DNA from: Auanema rhodensis
Taxonomy: Eukaryota; Animalia; Nematoda
DNA: 64,000 bases
Assembly: GCA_964057225.1 (NCBI GenBank)
Contig: OZ059897.1
Span: 21,638,001 to 21,702,000 of the forward strand
Reading direction: 5' to 3'
The notes beneath the pieces were generated by a model, which saw only the letters and a list, made by a program, of their open reading frames with translations, ran no database searches and was not told the DNA's origin. The position numbers and the translations under genes are program-made. This document shows positions 58,955 to 64,000 of the stretch, in pieces (the first letter of the stretch is position 1; each line of letters begins with the position of its first letter).

Positions 58955-60714
58955 ACGTGATGTGCACTTGGTATGTAACTCGCTTCACGTGAAAGATAAA
59001 GAGATTCGGTTTTCAAAATTAGATTCCCCATGTCCATATTAGTCTAAAAACAAATTTTTATTGATATTGGTGCATGGTAACCATGACTTTGAAATTTACG
59101 TGAACTTAAATTTATGCTAATTAAATGTACACGTGATGTGCACTTGGTATGTAACTCGCTTCACGTGAAAGATGAAGAGATGCGGTTTTCAAAATTAGAT
59201 TCCCCATGTCCATATTAGTCTAAAAACAAATTTTTATTGATATTGGTTCATGGTAACCATGACTTTGAAATTTACGTGAACTTTAATTTATGCTAATTAA
59301 ATGTACACGTGATGTGCACTTGGTATGTAACTCGCTTCACGTGAAAGATAAAGAGATGCGGTTTTCAAAATTAGATTCCCCATGTCCATATTAGTTTAAA
59401 AACAAATTTTTATTGATATTGGTTCATGGTAACCATGACTTTGAAATTTACGTGAACTTTAATTTATGCTAATTAAATGTACACGTGATGTGCACTTGGT
59501 ATGTAACTCGCTTCACGTGAAAGATAAAGAGATGCGGTTTTTAAAATTAGATTCCCCATGTCCATATTAGTCTAAAAACAAATTTTTATTGATATTGGTG
59601 CATGGTAACCATGACTTTGAAATTTACGTGAACTTTAATTTATGCTAATTAAATGTACACGTGATGTGCACTTGGTATGTAACTCGCTTCACGTGAAAGA
59701 TAAAGAGATGCGGTTTTCAAAATTATATTCCCCATGTCCATATTAGTCTAAAAACAAATTTTTATTGATATTGGTGCATGGTAACCATGACTTTGAAATT
59801 TACGTGAACTTTAATTTGTGCTAATTAAATGTACACGTGATGTGCACTTGGTATGTAACTCGCTTCACGTGAAAGATAAAGAGATTCGGTTTTCAAAATT
59901 AGATTCCCCATGTCCATATTAGTCTAAAAACAAATTTTTATTGATATTGGTGCATGGTAACCATGACTTTGAAATTTACGTGAACTTAAATTTATGCTAA
60001 TTAAATGTACACGTGATGTGCACTTGGTATGTAACTCGCTTCACGTGAAAGATGAAGAGATGCGGTTTTCAAAATTAGATTCCCCATGTCCATATTAGTC
60101 TAAAAACAAATTTTTATTGATATTGGTTCATGGTAACCATGACTTTGAAATTTACGTGAACTTTAATTTATGCTAATTAAATGTACACGTGATGTGCACT
60201 TGGTATGTAACTCGCTTCACGTGAAAGATAAAGAGATGCGGTTTTCAAAATTAGATTCCCCATGTCCATATTAGTTTAAAAACAAATTTTTATTGATATT
60301 GGTTCATGGTAACCATGACTTTGAAATTTACGTGAACTTTAATTTATGCTAATTAAATGTACACGTGATGTGCACTTGGTATGTAACTCGCTTCACGTGA
60401 AAGATAAAGAGATGCGGTTTTTAAAATTAGATTCCCCATGTCCATATTAGTCTAAAAACAAATTTTTATTGATATTGGTGCATGGTAACCATGACTTTGA
60501 AATTTACGTGAACTTTAATTTATGCTAATTAAATGTACACGTGATGTGCACTTGGTATGTAACTCGCTTCACGTGAAAGATAAAGAGATGCGGTTTTCAA
60601 AATTATATTCCCCATGTCCATATTAGTCTAAAAACAAATTTTTATTGATATTGGTGCATGGTAACCATGACTTTGAAATTTACGTGAACTTTAATTTGTG
60701 CTAATTAAATGTAC
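58955..60714 (+). repeat. Tandem duplication of a 5-monomer unit (880 bp)
   Basis: The order GATTCGG+CTTAAA / GATGAAG / AGTTTA / GTTTTTA / TATATT+TTGTG occurs at 58955-59834 and again at 59835-60714. Confidence 0.9.
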
Positions 60715-63700
60715 ACGTGATGTGCACTTGGTATGTAACTCGCTTCACGTGAAAGATAAAGAGATTCGGTTTTCAAAATTAGATTCCCCATGTCCATATT
60801 AGTCTAAAAACAAATTTTTATTGATATTGGTGCATGGTAACCATGACTTTGAAATTTACGTGGACTTAAATTTATGCTAATTAAATGTACACGTGATGTG
60901 CACTTGGTATGTAACTCGCTTCACGTGAAAGATAAAGAGATGCGGTTTTCAAAATTAGATTCCCCATGTCCATATTAGTCTAAAAACAAATTTTTATCGA
61001 TATTGGTTCATGGTAACCATGACTTTGAAATTTACGTGAACTTTAATTTATGCTAATTAAATGTACACGTGATGTGCACTTGGTATGTAACTCGCTTCAC
61101 GTGAAAGATAAAGAGATGCGGTTTTCAAAATTAGATTCCCCATGTCCATATTAGTCTAAAAACAAATTTTTATCGATATTGGTTCATGGTAACCATGACT
61201 TTGAAATTTACGTGAACTTTAATTTATGCTAATTAAATGTACACGTGATGTGCACTTGGTATCTAACTCGCTTCACGTGAAAGATAAAGAGATGCGGTTT
61301 TCAAAATTATATTCCCCATGTCCATATTAGTCTAAAAACAAATTTTTATTGATATTGGTGCATGGTAACCATGACTTTGAAATTTACGTGAACTTTAATT
61401 TGTGCTAATTAAATGTACACGTGATGTGCACTTGGTATGTAACTCGCTTCACGTGAAAGATAAAGAGATGCGGTTTTCAAAATTAGATTCCCCATGTCCA
61501 TATTAGTCTAAAAACAAATTTTTATTGATATTGGTGCATGGTAACCATGACTTTGAAATTTACGTGAACTTTAATTTATGCTAATTAAATGTACACGTGA
61601 TGTGCACTTGGTATGTAACTCGCTTCACGTGAAAGATAAAGAGATGCGGTTTTCAAAATTAGATTCCCCATGTCCATATTAGTCTAAAAACAAATTTTTA
61701 TCGATATTGGTTCATGGTAACCATGACTTTGAAATTTACGTGAACTTTAATTTATGCTAATTAAATGTACACGTGATGTGCACTTGGTATCTAACTCGCT
61801 TCACGTGAAAGATAAAGAGATGCGGTTTTCAAAATTATATTCCCCATGTCCATATTAGTCTAAAAACAAATTTTTATTGATATTGGTGCATGGTAACCAT
61901 GACTTTGAAATTTACGTGAACTTTAATTTGTGCTAATTAAATGTACACGTGATGTGCACTTGGTATGTAACTCGCTTCACGTGAAAGATAAAGAGATGCG
62001 GTTTTCAAAATTAGATTCCCCATGTCCATATTAGTCTAAAAACAAATTTTTATTGATATTGGTGCATGGTAACCATGACTTTGAAATTTACGTGAACTTT
62101 AATTTATGCTAATTAAATGTACACGTGATGTGCACTTGGTATGTAACTCGCTTCACGTGAAAGATAAAGAGATGCGGTTTTCAAAATTAGATTCCCCATG
62201 TCCATATTAGTCTAAAAACAAATTTTTATTGATATTGGTTCATGGTAACCATGACTTTGAAATTTACGTGAACTTTAATTTATGCTAATTGAATTTACAC
62301 GTGATGTGCACTTGGTATGTAACTCGCTTCACGTGAAAGATAAAAAGATGTGGTTTTCAAAATTAGATTCCCCATGTCCATATTAGTCTAAAAACTAATT
62401 TTTATTGATATTGGTTCATGGTAACCATGACTTTGAAATTTACGTGAACTTTAATTTATGCTAATTAAATGTACACGTGATGTGCACTTGGTATGTAACT
62501 CGCTTCACGTGAAAGATAAAGAGATGCGGTTTTCAAAATTAGATTCCCCATGTCCATATTAGTCTAAAAACAAATTTTTATTGATATTGGTGCATGGTAA
62601 CCATGACTTTGAAATTTACGTGAACTTTAATTTATGCTAATTAAATGTACACGTGATGTGCACTTGGTATGTAACTCGCTTCACGTGAAAGATAAAGAGA
62701 TGCGGTTTTCAAAATTAGATTCCCCATGTCCATATTAGTCTAAAACCAAATTTTTATTGATATTGGTTCATGGTAACCATGACTTTGAAATTTACGTGAA
62801 CTTTAATTTATGCTAATTAAATGTACACGTGATGTGCACTTGGTATGTAACTCGCTTCACGTGAAAGATGAAGAGATGCGGTTTTCAAAATTAGATTCCC
62901 CATGTCCATATTAGTCTAAAAACAAATTTTTATTGATATTGGTTCATGGTAACCATGACTTTGAAATTTACGTGAACTTTAATTTATGCTAATTGAATTT
63001 ACACGTGATGTGCACTTGGTATGTAACTCGCTTCACGTGAAAGATAAAAAGATGTGGTTTTCAAAATTAGATTCCCCATGTCCATATTAGTCTAAAAACT
63101 AATTTTTATTGATATTGGTTCATGGTAACCATGACTTTGAAATTTACGTGAACTTTAATTTATGCTAATTAAATGTACACGTGATGTGCACTTGGTATGT
63201 AACTCGCTTCACGTGAAAGATAAAGAGATGCGGTTTTCAAAATTAGATTCCCCATGTCCATATTAGTCTAAAACCAAATTTTTATTGATATTGGTTCATG
63301 GTAACCATGACTTTGAAATTTACGTGAACTTTAATTTATGCTAATTAAATGTACACGTGATGTGCACTTGGTATGTAACTCGCTTCACGTGAAAGATAAA
63401 AAGATGTGGTTTTCAAAATTAGATTCCCCATGTCCATATTAGTCTAAAAACTAATTTTTATTGATATTGGTTCATGGTAACCATGACTTTGAAATTTACG
63501 TGAACTTTAATTTATGCTAATTAAATGTACACGTGATGTGCACTTGGTATGTAACTCGCTTCACGTGAAAGATAAAGAGATGCGGTTTTCAAAATTAGAT
63601 TCCCCATGTCCATATTAGTCTAAAAACAAATTTTTATTGATATTGGTGCATGGTAACCATGACTTTGAAATTTACGTGAACTTTAATTTATGCTAATTAA

Positions 63701-64000
63701 ATGTACACGTGATGTGCACTTGGTATGTAACTCGCTTCACGTGAAAGATAAAGAGATGCGGTTTTCAAAATTAGATTCCCCATGTCCATATTAGTCTAAA
63801 ACCAAATTTTTATTGATATTGGTTCATGGTAACCATGACTTTGAAATTTACGTGAACTTTAATTTATGCTAATTAAATGTACACGTGATGTGCACTTGGT
63901 ATGTAACTCGCTTCACGTGAAAGATGAAGAGATGCGGTTTTCAAAATTAGATTCCCCATGTCCATATTAGTCTAAAAACAAATTTTTATTGATATTGGTT

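Larger units (their letters stand above)
1..64000 (+). repeat. 176-bp tandem satellite DNA array, about 363.7 monomers, single orientation, continuing beyond both window edges; probably (peri)centromeric
   Basis: ACGTGATGTGCACTTGG recurs at 1, 177, 353 and so on; the line at 2641 (15x176+1) restarts in phase with position 1. Monomer starts follow 1+176k up to 7745, 7948+176k up to 39804, 39979+176k up to 56875 and 57019+176k up to 63883. The centromeric role is inferred only from monomer size and homogeneity. Confidence 0.99.

Noticed and set aside
1-64000. CRISPR array
   Set aside because: There are no unique spacers. The full 176 bp repeats, and no cas genes or leader are present.
1-64000. 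Protein-coding repeat ORF
   Set aside because: 176 is not a multiple of 3, and the monomer is dense in TAA/TAG/TGA on both strands (e.g. TTTAATTTATGCTAATTAAA), so only short chance ORFs are possible.
1-64000. 5S rRNA, tRNA or snRNA tandem gene array, or telomeric repeats
   Set aside because: I found no recognisable Pol III A/B/C boxes, cloverleaf, 5S sequence or telomere-type short repeats.
1-64000. Strict dimeric (352-bp) HOR from the T/G polymorphism at monomer position 118
   Set aside because: The alleles alternate only over short runs (e.g. the first monomers), and runs of the same allele are common.
1-64000. Variant pattern as an encoded message or recording system
   Set aside because: The order of variants is explained by nested in-register duplications and recombination, and nothing points to programmed diversification.

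Overview
The whole 64-kb window is one uninterrupted head-to-tail satellite DNA array. The monomer is 176 bp and about 32% GC, with about 363 complete copies plus a final partial copy, all in the same orientation. Most monomers differ from the consensus by 0-5 substitutions. I see no genes, RNA genes, transposon insertions, inversions or CRISPR spacers. Only three monomers deviate in length: 203 bp at 7745-7947, 175 bp at 39804-39978 and 144 bp at 56875-57018. Monomer length, AT-richness, homogeneity and higher-order organisation resemble a eukaryotic (peri)centromeric satellite; that is an inference, and I cannot assign the species or family. The structure of interest has three parts. (i) The monomer is dense in palindromes and nested inverted repeats: two CACGTG E/G-boxes, TTCACGTGAA and TCATGGT-A-ACCATGA. 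(ii) Diagnostic SNPs reveal nested higher-order repeats: 3/6-mer, 4-mer, 5-mer, 13-mer and 14-22-mer cassettes, plus long-range recurrences at about 45.8, 56.3 and 27.1 kb. (iii) The rare length variants record repair events or possibly assembly errors. I found no evidence of a novel coding system.
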